From NCBI GenBank assembly GCA_965247095.1, contig OZ251997.1, positions 2,944,001 to 3,008,000 of the forward strand: a stretch of 64,000 nt of DNA, in the 5' to 3' direction. This DNA is from Candidatus Multivorans sp. Its GTDB lineage: Bacteria; Acidobacteriota; Thermoanaerobaculia; Multivoradales; Multivoraceae. A program made the position numbers and the translations under genes. The notes beneath the pieces are model-generated. The model was not told where the DNA came from. It searched no databases and saw only the letters and a list, made by a program, of their open reading frames with translations. Below are positions 48,074 to 57,941 of this stretch, piece after piece (the first letter of the stretch is position 1; every line of letters begins with the position of its first letter).

Positions 48074-49554
48074 CCCTGGCCCAGTTTCCGGCGCAGAATC
48101 TCCTGCGCCGCCCGGGGCTCAGCGCTACCTCGAGATGCCTTCATGACCTGGCCGACCAGGTAGCCCAGGGCCTGCTTGCGGCCGCCGCGGTACTCAAGGG
48201 CGGCCTTGCTGTTGGCCGCGATCGCGGCGTCGGCCCAGGCCTCGAGCCGATCGTCGTCCCGGACCTGGCGTAGCCCGAGACGATCGACGATCTGGTCGGG
48301 CGTCTCCTCCGAGTCCCAGGCTTCGGCGAGCACGTCCTTTGCGGCGGTAGCCGACAGCTCGCCGGTGTCGACCAGGGCGACAATGGCCGCCAGCCGCTCG
48401 GGCGGGATGAGTTGAACGTCCCGCTGCTTCAGCTCGCGCAGGATTTCGGTCATCACCCAATTGGCGATCGACCTGGCGCCGGCCGGATGGGCGGCCACGG
48501 CGCGCTCGTAGTACGTCGCCAGGGCGACGCTGCCGGAGAGCAGCGCGGCTTCCTCGGCGCGCAGCCCGTAGGCGTCGCGGAACCGCGCACTCTTGACCCA
48601 CGGCAACTCCGGGAGCACCACCGCTTGACGCTCGATGCGGCGCTCCGTCACCACCAGAGTGGAGAGGTCGGGCTCGGGAAAGTACCGGTAGTCGTGCGCT
48701 TCCTCCTTGGACCGGAGGGTGCGGGTGGCGCCGCTTGCCGGCTCGAAGCTGCGCGTCTCCTGTTCGACCTGGCCTCCAGCGGCCAGGATGTGCAACTGCC
48801 GCTCCCGTTCGTACTCGAGCGCCCTGGCGACGTGACGGAAGGAGTTCAGGTTCTTGACCTCCGTCTTCGTGCCGAGCTTGCCTGTGCCGGCCGGACGCAG
48901 GGAGAGATTGGCGTCGCAGCGCAGACTGCCCTCCTCCATGTTGCCGTCGCTGGCGCCGGTGTAGAGAAGGACCTGGTGGAGCGTCTGCAGATAGGCCTGC
49001 GCGTCCTCGGGTGAGCGAATCTCGGGCTCGGTCACGATCTCCACCAGGGGTACGCCGCAGCGGTTGAAGTCGACCAGGCTTCGCCCCGGCAGCGGACCGC
49101 CTCCCGGCACCTCGTGCAGGAGCTTGCCGGCGTCCTCCTCCAGGTGGATCCGATGGAGGCGGACCTCGCGGCCGGACGGCAGCGGCACCGACCCGCCCTC
49201 GGCCAGCGGCTCGTCGTACTGACTGATCTGATAGCCCTTCGGCAGGTCGGGGTAGAAGTAGTTCTTGCGCGCGAACACGGACCGCTGCCTGACCTCGCAC
49301 CCCAGCGCCAGCGCCAGCCGGATGGCGAGGTCGACGGCGTACTGGTTGGTCACCGGCAGGGTGCCCGGGTAACCGAGGCAGACCGGGCACACGAGTTCGT
49401 TCGGCTCGGCGCCGAAACGGTTCTCGCAGCGGCAGAACATCTTCGTTCTGGTACGCAACTGGACATGGACTTCCAGCCCGATGACCGTTTCCCACGCGGC
49501 ATCGATTGTTGCCGGAGAGACTCCCGGAGTGGCCGTGCTCTGCGCTACGCTCAT
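48070..49554 (-). CDS. gatB: Asp/Glu-tRNA amidotransferase subunit B
   Basis: IGLEVHVQL, RKNYFYPDLPKGYQISQ, HLEEDAGK, EVKNLNS, YRYFPEPDL. Confidence 0.97.
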   Translation of the reverse strand: MSVAQSTATPGVSPATIDAAWETVIGLEVHVQLRTRTKMFCRCENRFGAEPNELVCPVCLGYPGTLPVTNQYAVDLAIRLALALGCEVRQRSVFARKNYFYPDLPKGYQISQYDEPLAEGGSVPLPSGREVRLHRIHLEEDAGKLLHEVPGGGPLPGRSLVDFNRCGVPLVEIVTEPEIRSPEDAQAYLQTLHQVLLYTGASDGNMEEGSLRCDANLSLRPAGTGKLGTKTEVKNLNSFRHVARALEYERERQLHILAAGGQVEQETRSFEPASGATRTLRSKEEAHDYRYFPEPDLSTLVVTERRIERQAVVLPELPWVKSARFRDAYGLRAEEAALLSGSVALATYYERAVAAHPAGARSIANWVMTEILRELKQRDVQLIPPERLAAIVALVDTGELSATAAKDVLAEAWDSEETPDQIVDRLGLRQVRDDDRLEAWADAAIAANSKAALEYRGGRKQALGYLVGQVMKASRGSAEPRAAQEILRRKLGQG

Positions 49555-49596
49555 GACCGTCACGATGGCCGCGGCATCCTACAGCAGCTACCTGGG

Positions 49597-50298
49597 GTGA
49601 CGGACCAGCGCCGGGCCGCGGTCACCATGGTCCACCGCCGCGGGCCGGTCCAGGCCGCCTTCCTGGGCGCGGTGCGGGGAGCGCAGGCGCTGGGGCCGGA
49701 GGATGCTTTCCGACTCCTGGCGCGCGATGTCTCTGCTGCGGAAACGGCCTCGCCCGCCTGGTTGAGGCAGCGGCACAGCGCCGAGGCGCTGCGGGTAGAC
49801 GAGCCTGGTTTGAGGGGGGAGGGAGACGCCCTGATCGTCTCTCGCTCCGGCGTCGCGGCGACCGTCTTTGTCGCCGACTGCGTACCGGTGCTGATCGCCG
49901 CGGGTGAGAGCGTGGCAGCCGTTCACGCCGGCTGGCGGGGGCTGGCGGGCGGCGTTCTCCCGTCGGCGATACGGGAGTTGAAACGTGCCGGCGCCACCAA
50001 TCCGGCGACGGCCGAGGCCTGGATCGGTCCGGCGATCGGCCCCTGTTGCTACGAAGTAGGCGAAGACGTGGCCGGCCAGGTGGAATCCGCGAGCGGCGCC
50101 GAAGTCGTCATTCGCCGGCCAGGGCGCAAGCCGCACCTCGACCTGGTCCTGGCGGCTTCGAAGCAGCTTACGGGGTTGGGTGTGGGCCGCATCTCAAGTA
50201 GCGGTTGCTGCGTTCGTTGCGATTCGGACTGGTGGAGCTACCGCCGCGACGGCGCGGGCGCCGGCCGGAACTACGCCTTCATCTGGCGCGCCCTATAG
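49597..50298 (+). CDS. pgeF: YfiH/PgeF (laccase-like) family protein
   Basis: Q.HS, VADCVPV, HAGWRG, IGPAIGPCCYEV, SYRR. Start approximate. Confidence 0.88.
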   Translation: MTDQRRAAVTMVHRRGPVQAAFLGAVRGAQALGPEDAFRLLARDVSAAETASPAWLRQRHSAEALRVDEPGLRGEGDALIVSRSGVAATVFVADCVPVLIAAGESVAAVHAGWRGLAGGVLPSAIRELKRAGATNPATAEAWIGPAIGPCCYEVGEDVAGQVESASGAEVVIRRPGRKPHLDLVLAASKQLTGLGVGRISSSGCCVRCDSDWWSYRRDGAGAGRNYAFIWRAL

Positions 50299-50304
50299 CG
50301 GGTG

Positions 50305-50622
50305 TCAGTCGCCGTCGGATGCCGCCCCGCGCGAACTGCGGCGCCGGGTCCTGCGGGTGGGATCGATTCCTACGGAGCGCAGGAAAGCGAGGTCGCGTCC
50401 ATTGATGCGGAACGTCGGCGGCGGAAGCGGCCGCCTGGTCGAAGAGCTCTCGTCGGCGTCGCTATCGTCATCGCTGCTTCTCTTGCAGTCGAGGAAGAGG
50501 TTGAGCGTGTAGCCTTCGCGCCGGATCGACTCGAGCCGATCGTGGACCTCGGGCGACTCGGCCATCGCCTCGCAGAGAGACCGGGTGAGTTCTTCGAGTA
50601 GTTGCTTGAGCCGGGGTTCCAT
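50305..50622 (-). CDS. Hypothetical protein
   Basis: MEPRLKQLLEEL...DLAFLRSVGID; protein-like composition; fills the gap between pgeF and the kinase. Confidence 0.65.
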   Translation of the reverse strand: MEPRLKQLLEELTRSLCEAMAESPEVHDRLESIRREGYTLNLFLDCKRSSDDDSDADESSSTRRPLPPPTFRINGRDLAFLRSVGIDPTRRTRRRSSRGAASDGD

Positions 50623-50704
50623 GGGCCGACGACCATTATCCCAGACCGCAGCCGGTAGCGACACTCCGGGTTCGCTACAGGGCGCTAAGGACACTTGGCG
50701 GCCG

Positions 50705-51679
50705 GTGCTCGACGCGCTGACCGGGGCGGGTTGGGCGCCGGTCTCGTTCCAGCCTGTGGCCGGCGACGTCTCCGCCCGGCGATACGGCCGGCTGCGTCTT
50801 GCGTCGGGCGAGCAGCGGGTCGTCTGCAGCTATCCCGACGACATGAAGGATGTGGCAGCGCGCTTTGTGGACGCTACCGAGCTGCTGGCTTCGGTCGCTG
50901 TGCCGACACCTAGGGTGGACCTGTACTCACTCGAGCATCCGGTCTGGGTTCTCCTGGAGGATCTCGGCCAGCGAACTCTGTTTGAGCACTGGAAGGGAGC
51001 GGGCAGCGACGCCGGGGTGAACCTGGACCGGCGACTGGCGGAAGCCAGGGAACTCATCGGGCGGATACAGCTCCTGCCGGCGGACAAGGTTCGGGCCCTG
51101 GGCTCTCCGCCGCTCGACCGGGCCCTCTTGATGGCTGAACTCGACCAGACCTGGGAACGTTTCCTCGAACCGCGAGGTCTGGTTGCGGACCTGGAGCTGG
51201 CCGAGCAGGTCCGTGCCGTATGCGCTGCCATCTGCGAACGGCTCGACTCGGCAACGAGCGTGCCGTGTCACCGCGACTTCATGGCCCGGAACCTGATGCT
51301 GCGCGCGCCGGCCGCGGTTTCGCCGGGAGGCGCCGATGAATTAGTCGTGATCGACCACCAGGATCTGCGCATGGGGCCGCCGTGCTATGACCTGGCCTCG
51401 CTCCTGAATGACACGTTGACGCTCTCGATCCGCAAGCGGCAGGAGCACCTGTCGGCCGTCCGGGAAGACGCTGACCGGATCGCTCAGTACCACGCGGCGA
51501 CGGCCCAGCGCACGCTCAAGATCGCGGGCACCTTCGCGTACTTCGCGACCGTCGGCAGCGGCCGCTATCTGCAGTTGATTCCACCGGCCCTGCGGAGGTT
51601 CCTGGATGCCCTGGATGCTCTTCCCGAAGGCCGCGAGCTGGCGCCCTGGTTGCGCAGGGCCTGGGCGTCGGTCACCTAG
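50705..51679 (+). CDS. APH-family phosphotransferase (AmgK-like anomeric MurNAc/GlcNAc kinase)
   Basis: AGDVSARRY, LEDLG, CHRDFMARNLM, IDHQD, YDLASLL, QRTLK..GTF. Start approximate. Confidence 0.82.
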   Translation: MLDALTGAGWAPVSFQPVAGDVSARRYGRLRLASGEQRVVCSYPDDMKDVAARFVDATELLASVAVPTPRVDLYSLEHPVWVLLEDLGQRTLFEHWKGAGSDAGVNLDRRLAEARELIGRIQLLPADKVRALGSPPLDRALLMAELDQTWERFLEPRGLVADLELAEQVRAVCAAICERLDSATSVPCHRDFMARNLMLRAPAAVSPGGADELVVIDHQDLRMGPPCYDLASLLNDTLTLSIRKRQEHLSAVREDADRIAQYHAATAQRTLKIAGTFAYFATVGSGRYLQLIPPALRRFLDALDALPEGRELAPWLRRAWASVT

Positions 51680-51766
51680 CGCGGCAGAACTCCCCGAGGC
51701 CGGCGCTTCGCGCCGGATGCCGGCGGGGACGCCGGCGCACCCGGTTTCTGCCGCGCAATCGCCTAG
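51676..51766. repeat. Copy of the CTAG-bounded palindromic repeat family
   Basis: ctagcgcggcagaactcccc...ttctgccgcgcaatcgcctag. Confidence 0.85.
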
Positions 51767-51804
51767 CTGATAGTGTCGGTGGCCGACTTCGACAGGAGAA
51801 CGCT

Positions 51805-51975
51805 ATGCCGTCCCTTGGCATCCAAGAGCTACTCATCATCTTCGCCATCCTGATGGTCATCTTCGGTGGCAGCAAGCTGCCTCTCCTTGGCCGCGGCATG
51901 GGTCAGGGCATCCGGAACTTCAAGAAGGGCCTGCGCAGCGACGACTCCTCCGAACTGGAGGAAAAGCAGCCCTAG
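51805..51975 (+). CDS. tatA: Twin-arginine translocase TatA (56 aa, absent from the ORF track)
   Basis: Hand translation MPSLGIQELLIIFAILMVIFGGSKLPLLGRGMGQGIRNFKKGL...; AGGAG RBS. Confidence 0.93.
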   Translation: MPSLGIQELLIIFAILMVIFGGSKLPLLGRGMGQGIRNFKKGLRSDDSSELEEKQP

Positions 51976-52727
51976 CCGCCGGCGAGGACGGCGAAGTCGA
52001 GGCCGTGCGGATTGACGGCTACCCACGCCGCCCGGTGGTGCTCGACGTAGAGGCGGAGCACGCTGTCCGTGAAGTTGCGGGTTTCGCGAAACGGCGGCAT
52101 GCCGTTGAAGCGATCGACCTTGCCGGGTCCAGCGTTGTACGCCGCGAGCGCCAGCACCAGATCGCCGTCGAAACGGCGCAACAGGGAGGCCAGATAGCTC
52201 GCCCCGGCATCCAGGTTCTGGCTGGGGTCGTAGACGTTGGCGACGCCGAACTGCTCGGCGGTTGCCGGCATCATCTGCATCAGGCCGAGAGCACCTTCGG
52301 GTGAAACGGCCAGCGTGTCGAAGGCGGACTCGGTCTGCGCCACGGCCGCCACCAGCAGCGGGTCGATCTCACGCCGCTCGGCGACGGCGGCAATCTGGGC
52401 GCCAAAGGGCACGCGCTGCAAGAGGTCCCGAACCGCGTTCCCGTCGGCGGCGCCGATGAAGAGCGCGAAGCTCTCCCCTTGCGACCGAATCGTCTCGTAC
52501 AGCGGGCGGCTATCCAGGGATGTACGGGCGGTGGTCGCACCCGATGCCGGGTCGAGCCAGGCCTGAATCTCCTCGAACAGAGCGACATCCGCGACATGCG
52601 GTGGCGCCGGTAGCGAGTCCGGCTGCCGCCCGGGCGCCGTGTCCCGCACCGAGACGGCCAAAATGGCGGCGGCGGCCACAACGACGGCCAGAGCCTTCTT
52701 GCGAGTGCTGGTGTTCGAGATGTACAT
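51972..52727 (-). CDS. Lytic transglycosylase (SLT domain)
   Basis: AQTESAF, GALGLMQMMP, ALAAYNAG; N-terminal TM/signal. Confidence 0.92.
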   Translation of the reverse strand: MYISNTSTRKKALAVVVAAAAILAVSVRDTAPGRQPDSLPAPPHVADVALFEEIQAWLDPASGATTARTSLDSRPLYETIRSQGESFALFIGAADGNAVRDLLQRVPFGAQIAAVAERREIDPLLVAAVAQTESAFDTLAVSPEGALGLMQMMPATAEQFGVANVYDPSQNLDAGASYLASLLRRFDGDLVLALAAYNAGPGKVDRFNGMPPFRETRNFTDSVLRLYVEHHRAAWVAVNPHGLDFAVLAGG

Positions 52728-52885
52728 GAGAAGAGTGGAGTCGAGGGTCCTGGCCGCTGAGGCCCAGGTGGCCGCTGTAAGGACGGTCGCTTTCGGCGTT
52801 GCACGATCCGGCCGGTATCGACGGCGCGGCTTCGTGCCTGGAGGCGTTCGCCGACCGTGGGAGGGAACGCCTGACTGCGCTTGGC

Positions 52886-52902
52886 AGCAAGCTCTATGCC
52901 AA
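52886..52902 (-). promoter_or_regulatory. Putative sigma-54 promoter of the lytic transglycosylase gene
   Basis: Minus strand TTGGCATAGAGCTTGCT fits YTGGCACGRNNNTTGCW with the correct -24/-12 spacing. Confidence 0.6.
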
Positions 52903-52943
52903 CCTGGTTCCTCGTTTCCCAGCCGACCATCTGGGGCGGAGTT

Positions 52944-53237
52944 CTATTTCGATTGGATCCTCTTGCTGGATGTACGGTATTCGGCCGACTGGATGCCAAG
53001 TGCGTCGACCTTGGTGCGCAGTGTGTTGCGGTGGATGCCGAGGTTCTTTGCGGAGCGGTTGAGGTTGCCTTGGTTGAGTCGTAGCGAAGCGAGGATGAAC
53101 TGCCGTTCGAAGATCCGGCGGGCTTGAGCCAGGGTGACGCCCCGGTTGACCAGATGCCTGACGAGGTGGTCAAGCCGCTCGTTGAGATCCTTCGTCGCGT
53201 CCTCGGGAACGCGGTCGTCTGCACTGATCTGCTTCAA
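52944..53237 (-). CDS. Small Fis-type HTH protein
   Basis: FERQFI..SL...QGNLNRSAKNLGIHRNTLRTK. Confidence 0.85.
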   Translation of the reverse strand: MKQISADDRVPEDATKDLNERLDHLVRHLVNRGVTLAQARRIFERQFILASLRLNQGNLNRSAKNLGIHRNTLRTKVDALGIQSAEYRTSSKRIQSK

Positions 53238-53275
53238 GGCGAGTCGCGTGCCGAAACAGCGATTCTAGCACAAAT

Positions 53276-53286
53276 GGGGGGGGGGG
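53276..53286. repeat. G11 homopolymer
   Basis: caaatgggggggggggatct, intergenic. Confidence 0.85.
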
Positions 53287-53333
53287 ATCTGGGCGGTTCA
53301 GGAGGCCGCGTTGCTGAACGCCGTGCGGCTCAG

Positions 53334-54236
53334 TCAGCCTTCTTCTTGTTGCAGCCGCGACAGCGACTCTGTGGCCAGACGGGCGGCTTCGGAGTTCGGG
53401 AAGCGTCTCGAGACTTCCCTGAAGCGGCGCTTGGCGCCCTCCGTGTCGCCGAGCCGCTCCAACGTTCGGCCTACCTTGACCAGGGCGTCGGGAACCTTGT
53501 TTCCGAGCGGGTACTCGTGGAGCATGGTCTGGAATGCGGCCATGGCGCCGCGGTCGTCGCCCCGGGCGAACCGGCATTCGCCGATCCAGTAGAGGGCGTT
53601 GTCCGACAGATCGGTGTCCGGAAAGTCGTCGAGGAAGCGCTGGAACCCCAGTTCAGCTTCCACGTAGTCGCGGTTCAGGTACTTGTCGCGAGAGCGGTCG
53701 TAGAGTTCCTGGCCCGTCTCCGCGACGGTCGCCGAGGCGCTGGCTTCGTCTCCGGCGGCGCTTGCGCCCGGTTCGGCCCTGGGTTCAGCCGCGGCGTCCG
53801 ACTCGACCGGCGGCGCATCCCTGGGCGCATCGTCGAGTTCCGTCACCTCGAGTACCTGCACCCGCGCCGGCGTCGGCGGTTCGAAGGGGACGGGTGGGGG
53901 AGGCGCGGTTGCCGCAGCCCTGACCTCCTCCAGCGCGCTCTCGAGTTCCGCGATGCGCTCACGCAGCAGGGAGCTCTCCGATCCGCTCTCCGTGATCTGC
54001 TGTTCGAGTTGACGCATCCTCTCTTCGAGTTGCTCGAGTTCCGCCCGCACGCCCTCATTCGGCGTCGTCAGCCGGTTCATGAACTCGCGCGGACTGTCGG
54101 TCGAGGCGCAGCCGATACCGAAGCCGGCGATGACCAGGAGCACGGGCGCGCCTGTTCGTATCGCTTGGCGCCCGGAAAGCCGGAGGCGCCGCGCCGAACC
54201 GTCAGCCTTCTTTGCTCTCTTCGACTGGTCGACCAT
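53334..54236 (-). CDS. cpoB: CpoB/YbgF-like TPR lipoprotein
   Basis: FGIGC lipobox, coiled coil, DNALYWIGEC, YPLGNKVPDAL.K.G. Start uncertain. Confidence 0.8.
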   Translation of the reverse strand: MVDQSKRAKKADGSARRLRLSGRQAIRTGAPVLLVIAGFGIGCASTDSPREFMNRLTTPNEGVRAELEQLEERMRQLEQQITESGSESSLLRERIAELESALEEVRAAATAPPPPVPFEPPTPARVQVLEVTELDDAPRDAPPVESDAAAEPRAEPGASAAGDEASASATVAETGQELYDRSRDKYLNRDYVEAELGFQRFLDDFPDTDLSDNALYWIGECRFARGDDRGAMAAFQTMLHEYPLGNKVPDALVKVGRTLERLGDTEGAKRRFREVSRRFPNSEAARLATESLSRLQQEEG

Positions 54237-55080
54237 CGTCACTCCGGCGGGGCGGGAACTTCGGGGCCTCCGGAACCTTGCTTCGAAGCGTGCGGAGCTT
54301 CTCCTCCGAAGGCACCTTCTTGAGCCACTTGCTTCCCGGGTGCTCGGTGTGCAGCCGGTCGCAGGCATCACGCAGGTAGTCGTAGGTGTCGAGCCCCCGT
54401 TGGCTCGGGATCTGCTTGAGCACCCGGACGTAGGTCAGGCACATGTAGGCCAAGACCTTGTCCGGTTCCGGGTACTCCGGATAGGCCTCGAGCATGTCCT
54501 TGAAGCGGTTGCCGGCGGCGCTGGGAGTGCGGTAGCGGAAGTAGAAGGAGCCGACGACGAACTCGTGCTCCGCCAGTTGGTTCCGCACCTCGACGATCTT
54601 CTGGGCGGCCTGGCCGGCGTGTTGGCTGGTCGGGTAGAGCCGGCGGACGTTCTCGAACTCGGTCAGCGCCTGACGGGCGGTCTGCTGGTCGCGGTCCGGT
54701 TTCTCGATCCGCTCGGCGAGCGCGTCGGCCAGACGGAACTGGGCGTAGGCGGCGCGCTCGGAGGTGGGAAACCGGTTCAGGAAGTCGCGATAGCGCTGCT
54801 CCGCTTCCACGTAGGACTGGTAGCCGCCGCGCAGGAACAGTGCGTCCGCGGCCAGCAGCAGACCCTCCCGACCGGTCTCCGAGTTCGGTTCGACCTCGAA
54901 GGCGTGGACGAGGTGCTGGAGCGCCTGGGTGAACTTCTCGTCCTCCAGGAGCTGCTTTCCGATTTCGAGCGCCTCGGAGGACGACAGCCGGAGGATCGGA
55001 TCGTCCTTGACGCCTCCGCACGCGACCACCAGAGTGAGCGCCGTCACAGCCAGCGCCGCTTTTGTGGCCGGCCGCTTCAT
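54202..55080 (-). CDS. bamD: Outer membrane protein assembly factor BamD
   Basis: Lipobox VVAC, FLNRFPTS..A.YAQF, PDRDQ, LAEHEF.VG.FY. Confidence 0.9.
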   Translation of the reverse strand: MKRPATKAALAVTALTLVVACGGVKDDPILRLSSSEALEIGKQLLEDEKFTQALQHLVHAFEVEPNSETGREGLLLAADALFLRGGYQSYVEAEQRYRDFLNRFPTSERAAYAQFRLADALAERIEKPDRDQQTARQALTEFENVRRLYPTSQHAGQAAQKIVEVRNQLAEHEFVVGSFYFRYRTPSAAGNRFKDMLEAYPEYPEPDKVLAYMCLTYVRVLKQIPSQRGLDTYDYLRDACDRLHTEHPGSKWLKKVPSEEKLRTLRSKVPEAPKFPPRRSDDGRPVEESKEG

Positions 55081-55730
55081 TCGTTCGCCTGCCGGCGCAG
55101 AGCCAAAAGCGCCTCGACCGGGCGCTCCGCGGCGAAGACGCCGGAGCCCACGACCGCCACGTCGACGCCGGCCGCCGCGACCTCGTCGAGGTTGCCCGGC
55201 TTGATTCCGCCGTCCATCTCGATACTGGTCGCGAGCCCACGGGCTTCGATCGTGGCGCCGAGCTGGCGCGCCTTGTCCAGTACGTCCGGCTGGAACGCCT
55301 GACCGGCGAATCCTGGCTGGACGGACATCAGAACCACGTAGTCCAGGTGCTCCACGTACGGCAGGAGCTCGTCCGGCGCCGTCCCCGGGTTGATTGCCAC
55401 GCCGGCGCCGACGCCCCGGCCGCGAATGTGCGCCGCCAGGCGGGCCGGCTCCGACGTCGCCTCATGGTGGAACGACACCCAGACCGGCTCACTGTCGAGG
55501 TAGCGGTCCATGAGTGCCTCCGGATTCGAGACCATCAGATGGATGTCGAAGCCCACCCGGCTGCGTTTCGCGAGGTCGGCGATCACCGGCGGACCGAAGG
55601 TGAGGTTGGGCACGAAGTGACCGTCCATCACGTCGACATGGATCAACTGCGCGCCGCCGTCCTCGCAGTACTTCACGGCGGAGGCGAGGTCGGCGAGGTC
55701 CGCCGCCAGGATCGAAGGCGCGATCTTCAT
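55077..55730 (-). CDS. rpe: Ribulose-phosphate 3-epimerase
   Basis: IAPSILAAD, HVDVMDGHFVPN, MSVQPGFAGQ, DGGI. Confidence 0.96.
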   Translation of the reverse strand: MKIAPSILAADLADLASAVKYCEDGGAQLIHVDVMDGHFVPNLTFGPPVIADLAKRSRVGFDIHLMVSNPEALMDRYLDSEPVWVSFHHEATSEPARLAAHIRGRGVGAGVAINPGTAPDELLPYVEHLDYVVLMSVQPGFAGQAFQPDVLDKARQLGATIEARGLATSIEMDGGIKPGNLDEVAAAGVDVAVVGSGVFAAERPVEALLALRRQANE

Positions 55731-55761
55731 CGTTCGGGTTCTCTGGGCGAACTGGGCGGTA

Positions 55762-56571
55762 TCAACGACTTTCCTGCGCGGCGACGACCAGGGCGATCGA
55801 ATCGCTTTGTCGCAGGGGATGGCCCGGAAGTGGAAACTGTCGCAGGATGATCCCGGCTTCGACGCCTTCGTAAGGCTCGTACTTTACCCTTCCGAGCCGG
55901 AATCCGCGCGTCTCGAAGTAAGTGCGGACGGGCGCTTCGGGCAGATCGATCAGATCCGGCATGACGAACGCCGCGCCCGGGTTGGCCAGGCTGACCATGA
56001 CGTCCACTTGGGAAGACGGCGCCACCCGGGCGCCGGGCGGTGGACTCTGACGGATGACCGTTCCTGGTGCGCCGAACTCGGCGTACACGCTCCGGCTCCT
56101 GCCGAACTGCAGGCCGGAGGCCGCGAGACTGACCTGAACCGTCTGCAGGACCTGACCGGTCAGATCCGGAGTCTCGACGAGTTGACGTCCCCGTGACAGG
56201 TGGATGACCACGTCGCTGTCCTGCTTGACGGCGCTGCCGGCCGGCGGCTCGTGCCGGAGCACATAGCCCGCGGGGACGGCCTCGTCGTAGCGGTCCTCTT
56301 CGACTCGCCGCACTGTCAGACCAGCGACGGCGAGAGTGGTCTCGGCATGATCCACATCCAGGCCGACCAGGTCGGGCACCGCGATCACGCCGCTGCGGAC
56401 GAAGTTGGAGAGGGCCAGATAGGACGAGACGCCGAGCAGCGCGGTGAGCAGGCCGGCGTACAACCCGCCCACGATGAGGCGCTTCAGCCAGCGCTTGCGC
56501 AGCGTGTTCATCGCGAACCGCGCGACCTTCCGTGCTGGCGCGGGGAAGGTCAGTTTCCGTTTGGCGGTCAT
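55762..56571 (-). CDS. Membrane protein with three PASTA domains
   Basis: TM then VPDLVG, TPDLTG, MPDLID repeats. Confidence 0.85.
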   Translation of the reverse strand: MTAKRKLTFPAPARKVARFAMNTLRKRWLKRLIVGGLYAGLLTALLGVSSYLALSNFVRSGVIAVPDLVGLDVDHAETTLAVAGLTVRRVEEDRYDEAVPAGYVLRHEPPAGSAVKQDSDVVIHLSRGRQLVETPDLTGQVLQTVQVSLAASGLQFGRSRSVYAEFGAPGTVIRQSPPPGARVAPSSQVDVMVSLANPGAAFVMPDLIDLPEAPVRTYFETRGFRLGRVKYEPYEGVEAGIILRQFPLPGHPLRQSDSIALVVAAQESR

Positions 56572-56594
56572 CGCGTTCAACGCCCCCAACGCCC

Positions 56595-57905
56595 TCAGCG
56601 CCCCAGGGCGGGCAGATTCTTCACCAGGTCGAAGTAGAGCGCGAACATCATGATTCCGACGATTACGACGAGGCCGAACTGGGTCACCAGATTCTTGAAC
56701 CGGATGGACAGATCGCGCCGCAGAACGCTCTCGAACAGCAGGATGACGAGCTGGCCGCCATCCAGGACCGGGATCGGCAGCAGGTTGAGAATGCAGATGT
56801 TGAGGCTGATCAGGGCGGTCAGGAAGACGAGATCGCTGAAGCTCCGCCGGGCCGCCTGACCGCTGATCCTGGCGATCTCGATGGGTCCGGCGAGGGCGCT
56901 CTGGGGCGAGACGCGACGCTCGGCCAGCCTGCCAAGGAAGCCGAAGATTTCGGCCGCGGTCTCCCAGTTGATCCGTACGCTCTCGATGAGGGCAGAGGCG
57001 GGGCCGGCGCGCCGGTACGAGAAGTGGCTGATCGCGATGCCGGCGCGGCCGACACCGCCTTCATCTGCCGGCACCAATCGGACCACGAGGCGCTCATCGC
57101 CGCGGCCGATCTCGACGCTCACCTCTTCGCCTGCGCGCGGTTCCACCAGCCGGCGGAAGTCGTCGGCGTCGGCGATGGGGTGACCGTCCACTGCGTAGAG
57201 CGTGTCGCCGTACCGGATGCCCGCCTGCTCGGCAGGTGTGCCTTCAAACACCTGGCGAACGCGCGGCAGCAGGCTGGCGTACATGCCAGCGTCTCCCAGT
57301 TCGTGGCGGGGAATCCGGCGTGGTACGAGCACCGTGCTCCGCGTCCTGCCGTCGCGTTCGAAGTCGACCGCGAGACGCCGTTCCGGTGAAGTGAGAACGA
57401 TGCTCGCGACCTCGCGCCAGTCGGACACGTCCTCGTCGTCCAGCCGCAGGATGGTGTCGCCGGCTTGCAGGCCGGCCTCGGAGGCGGCGGAGTCGGGCGC
57501 CACGGCGCCGATCTCGGTGCTCAGGTCGCGCGGCCCCGCCAGCTCGGTGCCGGCCACCAGCACGGCGGCGATCAGGACGATCGAGAGCACGACGTTGGCG
57601 GCGGGGCCAGCCAGGAGGACGACCATTCGCTGCCACCGGGGCTTGGTGATGAAGTCGCCTGCATCGCCCGTCGGATTCGAGGGGTCGATGCCTGAGAAGG
57701 CGACGTAGCCGCCCAACGGCACCATCGCCAGCCGGTACTCCGTGCCGCCGCGCTCGAATCCCCAGAGCCGTCGGCCGAAGCCGATCGAGAACACCCGGAC
57801 TTTGATCCGAAACAGCCGCGCCGCCAGGAAGTGACCCAGTTCGTGAACGAAGATGATCACGCCGATCACGACCAGCAGGGCCAGGATGTTGCTCAGGATG
57901 TTCAT
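56595..57905 (-). CDS. rseP: RIP metalloprotease RseP
   Basis: HELGH, PLGGYV, two PDZ domains, NLLPIPVLDGG. Confidence 0.96.
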   Translation of the reverse strand: MNILSNILALLVVIGVIIFVHELGHFLAARLFRIKVRVFSIGFGRRLWGFERGGTEYRLAMVPLGGYVAFSGIDPSNPTGDAGDFITKPRWQRMVVLLAGPAANVVLSIVLIAAVLVAGTELAGPRDLSTEIGAVAPDSAASEAGLQAGDTILRLDDEDVSDWREVASIVLTSPERRLAVDFERDGRTRSTVLVPRRIPRHELGDAGMYASLLPRVRQVFEGTPAEQAGIRYGDTLYAVDGHPIADADDFRRLVEPRAGEEVSVEIGRGDERLVVRLVPADEGGVGRAGIAISHFSYRRAGPASALIESVRINWETAAEIFGFLGRLAERRVSPQSALAGPIEIARISGQAARRSFSDLVFLTALISLNICILNLLPIPVLDGGQLVILLFESVLRRDLSIRFKNLVTQFGLVVIVGIMMFALYFDLVKNLPALGR

Positions 57906-57941
57906 CGCGCGAGGGGGCGCCGGCGCGGGCGCCCGCCGATG

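Noticed and set aside
11324-51766. Palindromic repeats as a CRISPR array or tRNA
   Set aside because: Dispersed, no repeat-spacer periodicity, no cas genes, no cloverleaf or T-loop motif.
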